From an uncultured Actinomycetota bacterium (GTDB lineage Bacteria; Actinomycetota; Actinomycetes; JACCUZ01): a stretch of DNA of 64,000 nucleotides. Below, one piece after another: positions 51,444 through 63,712 of the stretch. The DNA lies in the NCBI GenBank assembly GCA_963746175.1, contig CAVVAH010000008.1, positions 875,701-939,700 on the forward strand, in the 5' to 3' direction. How positions within the stretch are numbered: position 1 is the stretch's first letter; the number at the start of each line of letters is the position of its first letter. The notes below the pieces were generated by a model. It searched no databases, was not told where the DNA came from, and was given only the letters and a program-made list of their open reading frames with translations. The position numbers and the translations under genes are program-made.

Positions 51444-53414
51444 CTAGTGGGGCGCCTCGCTCTCGACCGCCGGGACGCTCTCCACGCCGGGCACGTGCCA
51501 CCTGTCGCGGCCCGCGCCCTTGGCGACGTAGAGCGCCTTGTCGGCAGCGCGCATCAGGGTCGCCGGCGTCTGGCCGTGCTCCGGGAACGCCGCGCCGCCG
51601 ATGGAGACCGAGATGTCCAGCGGCTCCTCCCCCTCGAGCCGGAACGGCTGGCGGCGTACGGCGACGCAGATCCGCTCGGCCAGCTGGGCGGCACCCTCGC
51701 CCGACGTCTCGGGAAGGACCACGACGAACTCCTCGCCGCCGTAGCGGGCGAACGTGTCGACCTCGCGGATCTGCTCCTGCACCCGGTGCGCGAGCTCGCG
51801 AAGGACCGTGTCGCCCCGCGCGTGGCCGTGCGCGTCGTTGACCTGCTTGAAGTGGTCGAGGTCGAGCATGAGCACGGCCAGCGGGCGGTCGAACCGGGTG
51901 GACCGCTCGATCTCGCGGGCCAGGCTCATCGACAGGTAGCGGAAGTTCCACAGGCCGGTGAGCGCGTCCGTGGTGGACAGCCGCTGGGCCTCGTGGTGCA
52001 GGTGGATGTTGTCGACCGCGATGCTCGCCTGGTTGGCCAGCGTGCGCAGGGCGTCCTCGTCCGCCGGCTCGAAGCTGCGGCCGTCGAGGCGGTCGTAGAG
52101 CGCCACGACGGCGACGACACTGCCCATGCTGCGCAGGGGCACCGCGAGCACGTCGCCCACTGCCGGCTCGGTCTCGGCGGCGACGAGTCCCGGCGACCCG
52201 AGCCGGCCGCGCACGCTGTCGCCGGTGGAGAGCACCCGGCCGAGCACGCCGGTGCCCGGCGTGACCGCGGCCGGTGCCGGCAGCCCGTTCTCGAACAGCA
52301 GGTGCTCGGCGACCAGCTGGAGCCGGTCGGCCTGCAGGTGCAGCACCACACCGGCTCTCGCCTGCAGGGTGACGACAGCCGTGTCCAGCACCACCTGCAG
52401 CAGCCCGTCGAGGTCGTGCGTGCTGCTGAGCGTGTCACCGATCCGCTCCAGCGAGTCGCGCAGGTCGTCGCGGCTGCGCTCCACCTCGGCCACGCTGCGC
52501 CGCAGCTCGTCGGTCATCGTGTTCAGAGCGCTGCCCAGCCGGCCGGCGTCGCCCTCGGTCGTGGCGCTGATGCTCGTGTCGAGGTCGCCGCTGGCGACGC
52601 GTTCCGCGGCGGCAGTGATCTCGGCGTACGGCTGGCTGAGGTTGCGGGCCACCACGGTGACCAGCGCGCCGGCGGCCACCGCGCCCGCGAGCAGGATGAG
52701 CGCGAACAGCCCGTTGTTGCTGCCGCCGGTGTCGGGCACGGCGACGACCGTGGTCCAGGGCACGCCGCGCTTCGGCTCGGCGACCCGTGCGGTCCAGCCG
52801 TCGAGGTCCACCAGGCCCTTCCGGTCGCGGGTGGCGCGGACCACCGCGTCGGTCTGGTCGCGGCCGAGGGTGGACAGCACGACCTCGTCGCCGGCGAGCA
52901 GGACGATCTCGCCGGGCGTCGACCCGCGCTGCCGGATGTCGTCGAGCAGCTCGCGGTCGAGCCGCTTGGCCACGACGCCGGTCGGACCGGTGGTGGTCCC
53001 GCGCTGCGGCGCGAACCGCTGGGCCACCACCGGCGCGGTCGAGGACGTCGTCCGGTCGGAGCACTGCGGCAGCTCGGCCACCTGCGCGCCGGCGGGCAGC
53101 GCGCCGAAGGACGCCAGCGGTGTCTTGTCCGGGCCGAGCACGGCGGCGTAGTCCATCTGGTCGGCCACGGCGGCGACGGCGCCCGCCGGCGTGCCTGCCA
53201 CCGCGGTCAGGGCGACGACCTGGACGGCGAGGTTGACCTCGACGCACTCGTCGCTGAGCTCCGCACGCACCGCGGCGGACGCGGTCGACGCGTCGTCGTC
53301 GTTCCGGTCGGACCGGGCTCCCGGGACGACGAGCAGCAGGACGAGGGCACCCACGACGAGCGGAACGAAGAACAGCCCGGCGAGCACGATCCAGAGGCGG
53401 CGACGGAGGCTCAC
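51444..53414 (-). CDS. Membrane diguanylate cyclase (TM-sensor-TM-HAMP-GAF-GGDEF)
   Basis: TDALTGLWN, DLDHFKQVNDAHGHARGD, REVD I-site, RYGGEEF, ADKALYVAK. Confidence 0.92.
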   Translation of the reverse strand: MSLRRRLWIVLAGLFFVPLVVGALVLLLVVPGARSDRNDDDASTASAAVRAELSDECVEVNLAVQVVALTAVAGTPAGAVAAVADQMDYAAVLGPDKTPLASFGALPAGAQVAELPQCSDRTTSSTAPVVAQRFAPQRGTTTGPTGVVAKRLDRELLDDIRQRGSTPGEIVLLAGDEVVLSTLGRDQTDAVVRATRDRKGLVDLDGWTARVAEPKRGVPWTTVVAVPDTGGSNNGLFALILLAGAVAAGALVTVVARNLSQPYAEITAAAERVASGDLDTSISATTEGDAGRLGSALNTMTDELRRSVAEVERSRDDLRDSLERIGDTLSSTHDLDGLLQVVLDTAVVTLQARAGVVLHLQADRLQLVAEHLLFENGLPAPAAVTPGTGVLGRVLSTGDSVRGRLGSPGLVAAETEPAVGDVLAVPLRSMGSVVAVVALYDRLDGRSFEPADEDALRTLANQASIAVDNIHLHHEAQRLSTTDALTGLWNFRYLSMSLAREIERSTRFDRPLAVLMLDLDHFKQVNDAHGHARGDTVLRELAHRVQEQIREVDTFARYGGEEFVVVLPETSGEGAAQLAERICVAVRRQPFRLEGEEPLDISVSIGGAAFPEHGQTPATLMRAADKALYVAKGAGRDRWHVPGVESVPAVESEAPH

Positions 53415-53498
53415 GGTCGCTCACCGTCCCGACCCACGCGTCGTGCCGCCCCTCGGTCGGGCCTGCACCGTGCGGCATCCTGCTGGGAGCATGGTCCG

Positions 53499-54104
53499 AT
53501 GACGGCCGCGGCGGAGCGTGAGGTGGCGGTCGCCAAGGCACGGCTACGGGCGGCCGCCATCGCCGCGCGCCGCGCCGTGCCGGCCCCGGAGCGCGCTGCC
53601 GCCGCCACCCAGCTCACCGCCGCCGTGCTCTCCCTTCCCGAGGTCGGGGCCGCGCGGACCGTCACCCTCTACCTCTCCATCGGCACCGAGCCGGCCACGA
53701 CGGAGCTCCTGGACGTGCTCCGGTCGAGGGACATCACGGTCCTGCTGCCCGTCGTCCTGGACGACCTCGACCTGGACTGGGCAATCTACGCAGGCCCGGA
53801 CCATCTGTCGCGCACCGCACGGGGGTTGTGGGAGCCGACGACGCCTGCCCTGGGTGTCGACGCCGTGTCCCGCGCCGACGTCGTCCTGGTCCCGGCACTG
53901 GCCGTGGGCGCCGACGGCACCCGGCTCGGCCGCGGCGGCGGGTGCTACGACCGGGCACTGGCGCGGGTGCCGGCCGGGCGACCGGTGGTGGCGCTGCTCT
54001 ACGACGGCGAGCTGCTTCCCGCCGTACCCTCCGCGGCGCACGACAGGCGGGTCACGCTCGTCCTCACGCCATCGGGCGTCCACCCGCCGGCACCCCCCGC
54101 ATGA
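53499..54104 (+). CDS. 5-formyltetrahydrofolate cyclo-ligase
   Basis: AKARLR, EPAT, VLVPALAV..RLGRGGGCYDR, HDRRV. Confidence 0.92.
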   Translation: MTAAAEREVAVAKARLRAAAIAARRAVPAPERAAAATQLTAAVLSLPEVGAARTVTLYLSIGTEPATTELLDVLRSRDITVLLPVVLDDLDLDWAIYAGPDHLSRTARGLWEPTTPALGVDAVSRADVVLVPALAVGADGTRLGRGGGCYDRALARVPAGRPVVALLYDGELLPAVPSAAHDRRVTLVLTPSGVHPPAPPA

Positions 54105-55627
54105 GCACGCACGAGCTCGACATCCTGCTGCTCGTCGGCGCCGTCGTCCTGCTCGTCTCGATCGCGGCGGTCCGGCTCGCGGTCGGCAGCGGACTGCCGA
54201 CGCTGCTGCTCTACCTGGGCCTCGGCCTGGTGCTCGGCGAGAACGTCCTCGGCCTCGACTTCGACGACGCGGCCCTGGCCCGGTCGCTCGGCTACGCCGC
54301 CCTGGTGGTCATCCTCGCCGAGGGTGGCCTGACGACGTCCTGGGGCCACATCCGGGAGTCGGTGCCGGCGGCCGCCGCCCTCGCGACCGTGGGGACCGCC
54401 GTGTCCGTGGGCGTCGTCGGCTTCGCGGCGCACGGTCTGCTCGACGTGGGATGGCGCGACGCCATGCTCATCGGTGCCGTCCTCGCACCGACCGACTCCG
54501 CCGCGGTCTTCTCCGTGCTGCGCAAGGTGCCCCTCCCGCCGCGGCTCGGGGGCCTGCTGGAGTCCGAGTCCGGCTTCAACGACGCACCGGTCGTCATCCT
54601 GGTCGTCGCGCTCGCGGGCCACGACGCGCCGACCTGGTGGGGGCTGCTGCTGCTGATCGCCTACGAGCTCGCGCTCGGCGCGGTCGTCGGTGTCGCCGTC
54701 GGGTACGCCGGCGCGTGGGGGGTCCGGCGGATCGCGCTGCCGTCGTCCGGCCTCTACCCGCTCGCCGTCCTCGCCCTGTGCGTCACGGCGTACGGCGCGG
54801 CGGCGGTCGCGCACGGCAGCGGGTTCCTCGCGGTCTACGTCGCGGCGCTGGTGCTCGGCAACGTCCGGCTCCCGCACCGGTCGGCCACCCGTGGCTTCGT
54901 CGAGGGCGCCGGCTGGCTGGCCCAGATCGGGCTGTTCGTCATGCTCGGCCTGCTCGCGACGCCGGCCGAGCTCGGAGGGTCGATCCTGCCGGCTCTCGGG
55001 CTCGGCCTGGTGCTGCTCGTCGTCGCCCGGCCGTTGTCGGTGGTCGCCTCCCTGCTGCCGTTCCAGCGACCGTTCACCCGCTTCTCCTTCCCGGCGTGGT
55101 GGCACTTCCCGACGACCCGGCGCGAACGGCTGCTGCTGTCCTGGGCCGGCCTGCGCGGCGCCGTACCCGTCGTGCTCGCGACGGTGCCGGCCGATCAGGA
55201 CGTCTTCAACCTCGTGTTCGTCCTCGTCGTGGCGTTCACCCTCCTGCAGGCGCCCACCCTGCCGTGGGTGGCCCGGCGGCTCGGGGTGGTCGCGGAGGGC
55301 GAGGCGCAGCAGCTCGACATCGAGTCCTCGCCGCTGACCCGGCTGGACGCCGACCTGCTCCAGGTGCGCGTCGCCGAGGGGTCGTACCTGTCCGGCGTCG
55401 AGGTCGTGGAGCTGAACCTGCCGCCCGGCGCCGCCGTCACCCTCGTGGTGCGCGCCGGTCAGGCGTTCGTCCCGTCGTCGAGCACGCCCCTGCAGGTGGG
55501 CGACGACCTGCTGCTGGTGACGACGGAGTCCGTGCGCACCGAGGTCGAGCGCCGGCTCCGTGCGGTGTCCCGCTCCGGCCGGCTGGCCGACTGGAAGACC
55601 CCGCGCCGCCCGCCCCGCCGCACCTGA
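54101..55627 (+). CDS. Potassium/proton antiporter (CvrA/NhaP2-like) with TrkA-C domain
   Basis: ILAEGGL, TDSAAVFSVLR, ESESGFNDAP, WAGLRGAVP; ATGA overlap. Confidence 0.92.
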   Translation: MSTHELDILLLVGAVVLLVSIAAVRLAVGSGLPTLLLYLGLGLVLGENVLGLDFDDAALARSLGYAALVVILAEGGLTTSWGHIRESVPAAAALATVGTAVSVGVVGFAAHGLLDVGWRDAMLIGAVLAPTDSAAVFSVLRKVPLPPRLGGLLESESGFNDAPVVILVVALAGHDAPTWWGLLLLIAYELALGAVVGVAVGYAGAWGVRRIALPSSGLYPLAVLALCVTAYGAAAVAHGSGFLAVYVAALVLGNVRLPHRSATRGFVEGAGWLAQIGLFVMLGLLATPAELGGSILPALGLGLVLLVVARPLSVVASLLPFQRPFTRFSFPAWWHFPTTRRERLLLSWAGLRGAVPVVLATVPADQDVFNLVFVLVVAFTLLQAPTLPWVARRLGVVAEGEAQQLDIESSPLTRLDADLLQVRVAEGSYLSGVEVVELNLPPGAAVTLVVRAGQAFVPSSSTPLQVGDDLLLVTTESVRTEVERRLRAVSRSGRLADWKTPRRPPRRT

Positions 55628-55644
55628 CGCATCCCGGCCACCAC

Positions 55645-55704
55645 CCCCGTGATCATGAAGGTTCACCCCCGCAAGTACGTGCACGAACCTTCATGATCAC
55701 GGGG
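55645..55704. repeat. REP-like hairpin (perfect 20-bp arms) between convergent genes
   Basis: CCCCGTGATCATGAAGGTTC-N20-GAACCTTCATGATCACGGGG. Confidence 0.8.
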
Positions 55705-55782
55705 TTTCCAGCGATCGGCTACGGCCTCGTGGCAGAGCGGCACATGTCGGGTGCCAGTCGACAGGCGGTTGGAAGGCCGCTC

Positions 55783-56913
55783 TCAGCGTGGCGGCTCCGG
55801 GTAGACATCCACGTCGGTCGCCTTCGCGGACAGCCACACATGTTGGCCCGGTCGGAGCTCGAGGTCGGCGACGGCGGCGGGCGTGAGGTCGACGAGGGCG
55901 TCGGGTCGGCCGTCGATCTGGGCGCGGACTCGGTCGGCGAGCAGCTCGAGCCCGGTGATGGTTCCTGCCCAGATGTTGCGGGGGCTGGCGTGGTCTGGAC
56001 GCTCCGTGTGGAGAGCGATCGCGGAGGGCCGCACAGCAACGAGCAATTCCGAGCCGGCGGCGGGGAGTGGGGTGCCGGGTGCGGCGGTGAGCGAGCCGCC
56101 TGCCGCGAGTCGCACGGTCCCGTCGTCAGAGGCAAGGGTTCCGGAGTAGAGGTTGAGGCCGACAAGTCGTGCCACGTACTGGGTGGCGGGTCGGCGGGCG
56201 ACCTCGGCGGGAGTTCCGTGTTGCACGACGTGGCCGTCTTCGATGACCAGCAGGCGGTCGGTCATCACCATCGCCTCCAGCGGGTCGTGGGTGACGATGA
56301 GTACCGGCCCGGGGAAGTCGACGAGGTAGCGGCGCAGCTCCGTGCGCACTTCCAGGCGGGTTCGGGCGTCGAGGGCAGCCAGGGGCTCGTCGAGCAGCAG
56401 CAGCCCGGGGTCGGCTGCGAGGGCTCGGGCAAGGGCGACCCGCTGGGCTTGGCCGCCGGAGAGCTGGTTGGGCTTGTGTGACGCCAGTGACGTGAGGTCG
56501 AGCTGTTGGAGGTAGCGGTCGGCGTGCAGACGGGCGTGGCGGCGGTTGGTCCCGCGGGACCGGGCCGAGAACGCGACGTTGTCGCGGACGTCGAGGTGCG
56601 GAAAGAGGCGGTAGTTCTGGAAAACCAGCCCGACCGGGCGCCGCTCGGCCGGGACAAAGGCGCCGGTGGCTGCGTCGTCGAGGACCAGGTCACCGAGCCG
56701 GATGCTGCCCTCGGTGACCGCGGTGAGTCCGGCCAGTGCCCGCAGCAGCGAGGTCTTGCCGGCGCCGTTCGGTCCGAGCACCCCGAGCACCTCACCTGGC
56801 GCGACCGAGGTGGCGACCGCGAGGGTGAACGCGCCGCGGCGCACGATGACCGCCAGTTCCAGCGCGCCGGCTCGGCCGGGGACGTCGGTGGAGGTCCTGT
56901 CGGTGAGGGTCAT
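55783..56913 (-). CDS. modC: Molybdate ABC transporter ATPase with TOBE domain
   Basis: GPNGAGKTS, LSGGQAQR, LLLDEP, C-terminal VWLSAKA TOBE. Confidence 0.92.
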   Translation of the reverse strand: MTLTDRTSTDVPGRAGALELAVIVRRGAFTLAVATSVAPGEVLGVLGPNGAGKTSLLRALAGLTAVTEGSIRLGDLVLDDAATGAFVPAERRPVGLVFQNYRLFPHLDVRDNVAFSARSRGTNRRHARLHADRYLQQLDLTSLASHKPNQLSGGQAQRVALARALAADPGLLLLDEPLAALDARTRLEVRTELRRYLVDFPGPVLIVTHDPLEAMVMTDRLLVIEDGHVVQHGTPAEVARRPATQYVARLVGLNLYSGTLASDDGTVRLAAGGSLTAAPGTPLPAAGSELLVAVRPSAIALHTERPDHASPRNIWAGTITGLELLADRVRAQIDGRPDALVDLTPAAVADLELRPGQHVWLSAKATDVDVYPEPPR

Positions 56914-57800
56914 GCCGCGGTTCCGGTGTTCAGCCAGCGTTCGCGCAGGCCGACGAGGACGGCGACCGAGACGGCGAGCAGCACCAGCGAGAGCGCGATG
57001 GCAGCTTCGGGGTCGCGTTCGAGCGCGAGGTAGACGGCGATCGGCATGGTCTGGGTGCGGCCGGGGAAGTTGCCGGCGAAGGTGATGGTGGCGCCGAACT
57101 CGCCGAGCGCGCGGGCCCAGCACAGCACCGAGCCGGCCACCAGTGAGGGTCCGATCAACGGCAGGGTCACGCGGCGGAACACGGTGAGGCGGGACGCGCC
57201 GAGCGTGGCCGCGGCCTCCTCGTAACCGCGGTCGGCAGTGCGGAACGCACCTTCGACGGTGACGATCAGGAACGGCATCGCGACGAACGTCTCGGCCACG
57301 ACGACGCCCAGCGTGGTGAAGGGCAGGGTGAACCCGAACCAGGCATCGAGGTACTGCCCGACGATGCCGCGGCGGCCGAACGCCAGCAGCAGCGCGACGC
57401 CCCCGACGACCGGAGGCAGGACCAGCGGCAGGATCACCAGTGCCCGGACCAGGCCGCGGCCGCGGAACCGAGCCCGGGCCAGCAGCCAAGCCAGCGGCAC
57501 CCCGAAGAGCAGTGACAGGACGGTGGCCGAGGTGGCACAGATCAGGGACAGCCGCAGCGCCTCGACCACCTGGCTCTCGACCAGCACCTGGCTCAGGCTC
57601 GTCCACGGGGCGCGGATCAGCAGGCCGGCCAGCGGCAGCACGAGGAACGCGGTGGCGATCCCCGCTGGGACCATCAGTGGCCAGGGGATCAGGCCATGAC
57701 GGGCCGGGTCGTCCCCGGCCTCGCGGGTCTGCCCACTCCTCTGCCGCCCACGTGCCCGATGTGCCGGGGCCGGCCCCGAAAGCTCAGTCGGTGCGGTCAT
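56910..57800 (-). CDS. modB: Molybdate ABC transporter permease
   Basis: LPLVLPPVVGG, EEAAATLGA, WARALGEFGAT. Confidence 0.94.
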   Translation of the reverse strand: MTAPTELSGPAPAHRARGRQRSGQTREAGDDPARHGLIPWPLMVPAGIATAFLVLPLAGLLIRAPWTSLSQVLVESQVVEALRLSLICATSATVLSLLFGVPLAWLLARARFRGRGLVRALVILPLVLPPVVGGVALLLAFGRRGIVGQYLDAWFGFTLPFTTLGVVVAETFVAMPFLIVTVEGAFRTADRGYEEAAATLGASRLTVFRRVTLPLIGPSLVAGSVLCWARALGEFGATITFAGNFPGRTQTMPIAVYLALERDPEAAIALSLVLLAVSVAVLVGLRERWLNTGTAA

Positions 57801-57839
57801 GGCGACCAACCTTCCCGGTCACGGCCCCGGTGAGAACGT

Positions 57840-58646
57840 TCAGGGCTTGCTGAACCCGGCCTCGGTCAGCACCGCTGCTCCGTCCGGGGACAGGACGTAG
57901 TCGACGAACGCCCGCGCTGTTGCCTGGTTCTTCGAGGCGGTAAGGGTGGCGATCGGGTAGGTGGTGGACGCGTTGACGTCGCCGGGGATCTCGATGCCCG
58001 TCACCGAGTCGCCGGCGGCGCGAACGTCGGTGACGTAGACCACGCCTGCGTCGACCTCTCCGAGGGTGACCTTGCTCAGGGTGGCCTTCACATCGATCTC
58101 CTCCGTGACAGGCGTGACCTTGATTCCGGCGGTCTCGAACACCTCGAGGGCAGTGGCACCGCAGGGGACATCGGCCTGGCACAGCGCCACCTTCACACCC
58201 CTCTTCGCGAGGTCGTCGACCGACGTGATTCCGCCCGGGTTGTCCGGCGGCACCGCGATCTGCATCGTGTTCGACACGAAGTCCGTCGCCTGCGCGGCAT
58301 CTCCGCTGGCGACCACCTCGTCCATGCTTGCGGTGCTCGCGGACGCGAACACGTCTGCCGGTGCCCCTTGGCCGATCTGTTCGGCCAGACCTGAGCTCGG
58401 GCCGAGGTTGAACACCACCTTGCTGCCCGCGTTCTCTGCCTCGAACTGCTTCCCCAGCGTGGTGAAGGCTTCCTGCAGGGACGCGGCGGCGAACACGTTG
58501 ATCGTCCCCGTCACAGAAGCGGTCTCGCTCGTCGGGGATGAGCCGGACGACCCGGACGAGGCCCCGGAGTCGTCGGAACCCCCGCAACCAGCCAGCAACG
58601 TGGTGGCAGCGAACAGGGCGGCCACCGAGGCGGTGATGCGGCGCAC
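57840..58646 (-). CDS. modA: Molybdate-binding lipoprotein
   Basis: LLAGC lipobox, VFAAASL, GAPADVFASA, VPCG, DAGVVYVTD. Confidence 0.94.
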   Translation of the reverse strand: MRRITASVAALFAATTLLAGCGGSDDSGASSGSSGSSPTSETASVTGTINVFAAASLQEAFTTLGKQFEAENAGSKVVFNLGPSSGLAEQIGQGAPADVFASASTASMDEVVASGDAAQATDFVSNTMQIAVPPDNPGGITSVDDLAKRGVKVALCQADVPCGATALEVFETAGIKVTPVTEEIDVKATLSKVTLGEVDAGVVYVTDVRAAGDSVTGIEIPGDVNASTTYPIATLTASKNQATARAFVDYVLSPDGAAVLTEAGFSKP

Positions 58647-58691
58647 GACATTTCTCCTGGCTGCTCGGCCGGCCGTCTGGGTGACCGGGGA

Positions 58692-59099
58692 TCAAAGTGA
58701 GGCGGGAACCTCGACGACGACATTGGTGGACTTCACTGCAGCGACCGCGAGCACGCCCGGTTCCAGGCCGAGCTCATCGGCGGCCTCGCGACTCATCAAG
58801 GACACGATGCGGTGCGGACCGGCCTGGATCTCCACCTGCGCCATCACCGTGTCGCGGGTGACCTTGGTGACCAGGCCGAGGAATCGGTTGCGGGCCGACT
58901 CGGACACCACCGGCCGCGGCGCGGGCCGCTCGGCGGAGGCGGTCTCCTCGGCGAACCGGGCCAGAGCGGCGCCGTCGATCGCCTGCCGACCGGAGCCGTC
59001 CCGGGTGGTGGGCACCCGGCCGGCGTCCGCCCAGCGACGCAGGGTGTCGTCGCTGACCCCCAGCAGCGCAGCCGCCTCGCTGATCCGGAACACCTGCAT
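58692..59099 (-). CDS. HTH + TOBE molybdenum-responsive regulator (actinobacterial ModE-like)
   Basis: FRISEAAALLGVSDDTLRRW; SARNRF..MAQVEIQAGP..VKSTNV. Confidence 0.9.
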   Translation of the reverse strand: MQVFRISEAAALLGVSDDTLRRWADAGRVPTTRDGSGRQAIDGAALARFAEETASAERPAPRPVVSESARNRFLGLVTKVTRDTVMAQVEIQAGPHRIVSLMSREAADELGLEPGVLAVAAVKSTNVVVEVPASL

Positions 59100-59296
59100 A
59101 GCCGCCGACCCTATCCTCGACGGCCCGGCCCGCAACAGCAGATGCCGCTCTGTGAACCTTTCTGGGGGGGCATCGGCGGAGTCGACCAGCGTCGGGCGGT
59201 CCGCAGATGCGGTCGAGGAGGGGAGAGTTCATCGCGGTCCCACCTGTCCGGGACCTGCTCGCCCTGGAAGGAGCGGCGCGGACCGCGGCCGCGCGG

Positions 59297-60682
59297 TCAG
59301 GTCAGCGGGACACCGACGACGGCCGCCGCCGCACCGACCAGCGCACACACGCCGAGGGTGCGCAGCACCGACCACCTGAGCCGGAACAGCAGCAGAGCCG
59401 CGAGTACGGCGACGACGACCGCGAGCGGCCGGACCGTCGAGACATCGGGCAGGTCCACGTGCAGCGGACCCGCGACGTGCCCGTCGACCTGCTGGAAGAA
59501 CACGTGCAGCGCGAAGAAGAGCGCGAGGTTCGCGATCACGCCGACGACGGAGGCGGTCACGCCGGCCAGGGCCGAGGCGACCGCCCGGTTGCTGCGCAGC
59601 CGCTCGACGTACGGCGCCCCGAGGAAGACCAGCAGCATGGCCGGTACGAAGGTCACCCAGGTGGTGAGGAGGGCACCGAGGGTCGCGGCCACCCAGGGAT
59701 CCAGCGAACCCGGGTTGCGGTACGCGCCGAGGAAGCCGACGAACTGCAGCACCATGATCAGCGGCCCCGGCGTGGTCTCCGCGAGCCCGAGACCGCGCAC
59801 CATCTCGCCCGGGCCGAGCCAGCCGTAGTCCTGCACGGCGTGCTGAGCGACGTACGACAGCACGGCGTACGCGCCGCCGAAGGTCACCATGGCGGTGCCG
59901 GAGAAGAACAGCCCCTCTGTCGACAGCGTGCTGTCCCGGCCGGTCATCACGATGGTCAGCAGCACCGGCAGCCACCACACCGCGAGACCGACCGCCAGGA
60001 CCCGACCGGTCCGGCCGAGCGTGGGCCGGTCGTCATGCAGCGCCTCGTCCCCGATGAGCGGCGCCGGCCCGACCTCCTCCGCGACGGTCGAGGTCATGGA
60101 TCCCGGCCGGTGCCGGCCCAGCACCCATCCGAGACACCCCGCGGCGAGCACCACGATGGGGAACGGCATGCCGAAGAACGCCAGCGACACGAAAGCCAGC
60201 ACCGCGATGGCAACAAGTGCGGGGCTGCCCAGAGCGCGTCCGCCGATCCGGACTACTGCCTGCGCGACGATCGCGAGAACCGCCGGGGCGATGCCAGCGA
60301 ACAAGCCCGTCACCGCGGTGGTGTCGCCGAAGGCGACGTACACGGCCGACAGGGCGCCGATGGCCACTGCGCCCGGCAGCACGAACAACGTGCCGGCCAT
60401 CAGCCCGCCGCGGACGCCGTTCAGCAACCACCCGATGTAGACCGCGAGCTGGGTCGCCTCCGGTCCCGGCAGGATGGTGCAGAAGTTCAGGGCGTGCAGG
60501 AAGCGGCCGCGACCGATCCAGCGCCGCTCGTCGACGAGCGTGCGCTGCATGACGGCGATCTGGCCGGCCGGGCCGCCGAAGGACTGCAGGGCGACGAGCG
60601 CCCACACCTTCGCCGCGGTCCGCAGCGGGACGACGTCCTGCTCGCTGCGCCGCACACGGGCAGCGAACAGGACCCCCGTCAC
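59297..60682 (-). CDS. chrA: Chromate efflux transporter (long-chain CHR)
   Basis: SFGGPAGQIA, LPGPEATQ, TFGGAYAV, ETTPGP. Confidence 0.92.
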   Translation of the reverse strand: MTGVLFAARVRRSEQDVVPLRTAAKVWALVALQSFGGPAGQIAVMQRTLVDERRWIGRGRFLHALNFCTILPGPEATQLAVYIGWLLNGVRGGLMAGTLFVLPGAVAIGALSAVYVAFGDTTAVTGLFAGIAPAVLAIVAQAVVRIGGRALGSPALVAIAVLAFVSLAFFGMPFPIVVLAAGCLGWVLGRHRPGSMTSTVAEEVGPAPLIGDEALHDDRPTLGRTGRVLAVGLAVWWLPVLLTIVMTGRDSTLSTEGLFFSGTAMVTFGGAYAVLSYVAQHAVQDYGWLGPGEMVRGLGLAETTPGPLIMVLQFVGFLGAYRNPGSLDPWVAATLGALLTTWVTFVPAMLLVFLGAPYVERLRSNRAVASALAGVTASVVGVIANLALFFALHVFFQQVDGHVAGPLHVDLPDVSTVRPLAVVVAVLAALLLFRLRWSVLRTLGVCALVGAAAAVVGVPLT

Positions 60683-60774
60683 CAGGTCAAACGCGGATCT
60701 CGAGACGACACACCGCTCTCAGGCGGCGTGTCTGCCTCAAGATCCGCCCAGGGACTGGGGACTGGGGGCAGTGG

Positions 60775-63111
<2,337 letters not shown>

Positions 63112-63235
63112 GGGTGCCTCCAGGCCAGGGGGCACGCGCGCGCCGAGGGCGCGGGCGTGCGGGCGAGACGGGTACGGCGCGGCGGCCGACGCGCGGGGCG
63201 GTCGGCAGGCTGCGGTGGTGTGCGGCGCTCCGGGG

Positions 63236-63667
63236 TCAGGCGCGCGTGAGCGCCGGAGGTGCCCGGTCCCGCCTCGACGCAGCCGTACGACGGCGCACCG
63301 GCGCCGACGCACCGGCCGGCAGTCGTCCGGACACCGTGAGCACGACGAGCAGCACAGCGGCGGCCAGCAGGCCGGTGACCGGCGCCGGACCGTGCCCGAG
63401 GACGGTGCGGACCGAGGAGTCGGTCCGGGGTGCGGACTGCTCGCGGGCACCGCGGCGCGTGCCCGGCCGCGCGACGTCGCGGTGGTCGCGCAGGGCGACA
63501 CCGGCGGGTGCGGCACCGCGAGCGACGGCACGCGGGACGGCGCTCGAGCCGGCGACCTGCGCCGCCGCGGGCGTGCCCACCAGCACGGACCCGGCGACCG
63601 CGAGGGCAGCGAGCAGCACGGCAGCAGCGCTGCGGGCTCGCCGGTCGAGGCGGGTCCAGGGAGTCAC
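63236..63667 (-). CDS. apdA: ApdA-like secretion-monitoring ribosome arrest peptide (RAPP motif)
   Basis: Short ORF directly upstream of secDF, AAGGA RBS, hydrophobic signal/TM segments, C-terminal RRDRAPPALTRA*. Confidence 0.78.
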   Translation of the reverse strand: MTPWTRLDRRARSAAAVLLAALAVAGSVLVGTPAAAQVAGSSAVPRAVARGAAPAGVALRDHRDVARPGTRRGAREQSAPRTDSSVRTVLGHGPAPVTGLLAAAVLLVVLTVSGRLPAGASAPVRRRTAASRRDRAPPALTRA

Positions 63668-63712
63668 GAGTCGTCCTTCGCGAGGCGGCGGAGGGCTGCC
63701 CACCCTACCGGC

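Noticed and set aside
50952-53498. Long N-terminal extension of the 1050-aa ORF
   Set aside because: Antisense to galU and the GGDEF gene; only 53499-54104 is protein-like.
53518-56481. 987-aa plus-strand ORF
   Set aside because: Off-frame of the cyclo-ligase and antiporter and antisense to modC; no recognisable motifs.
59100-59296. Moco riboswitch upstream of the mod operon
   Set aside because: A -10-like element lies 8 nt from the start, leaving no leader, and a protein regulator is present.
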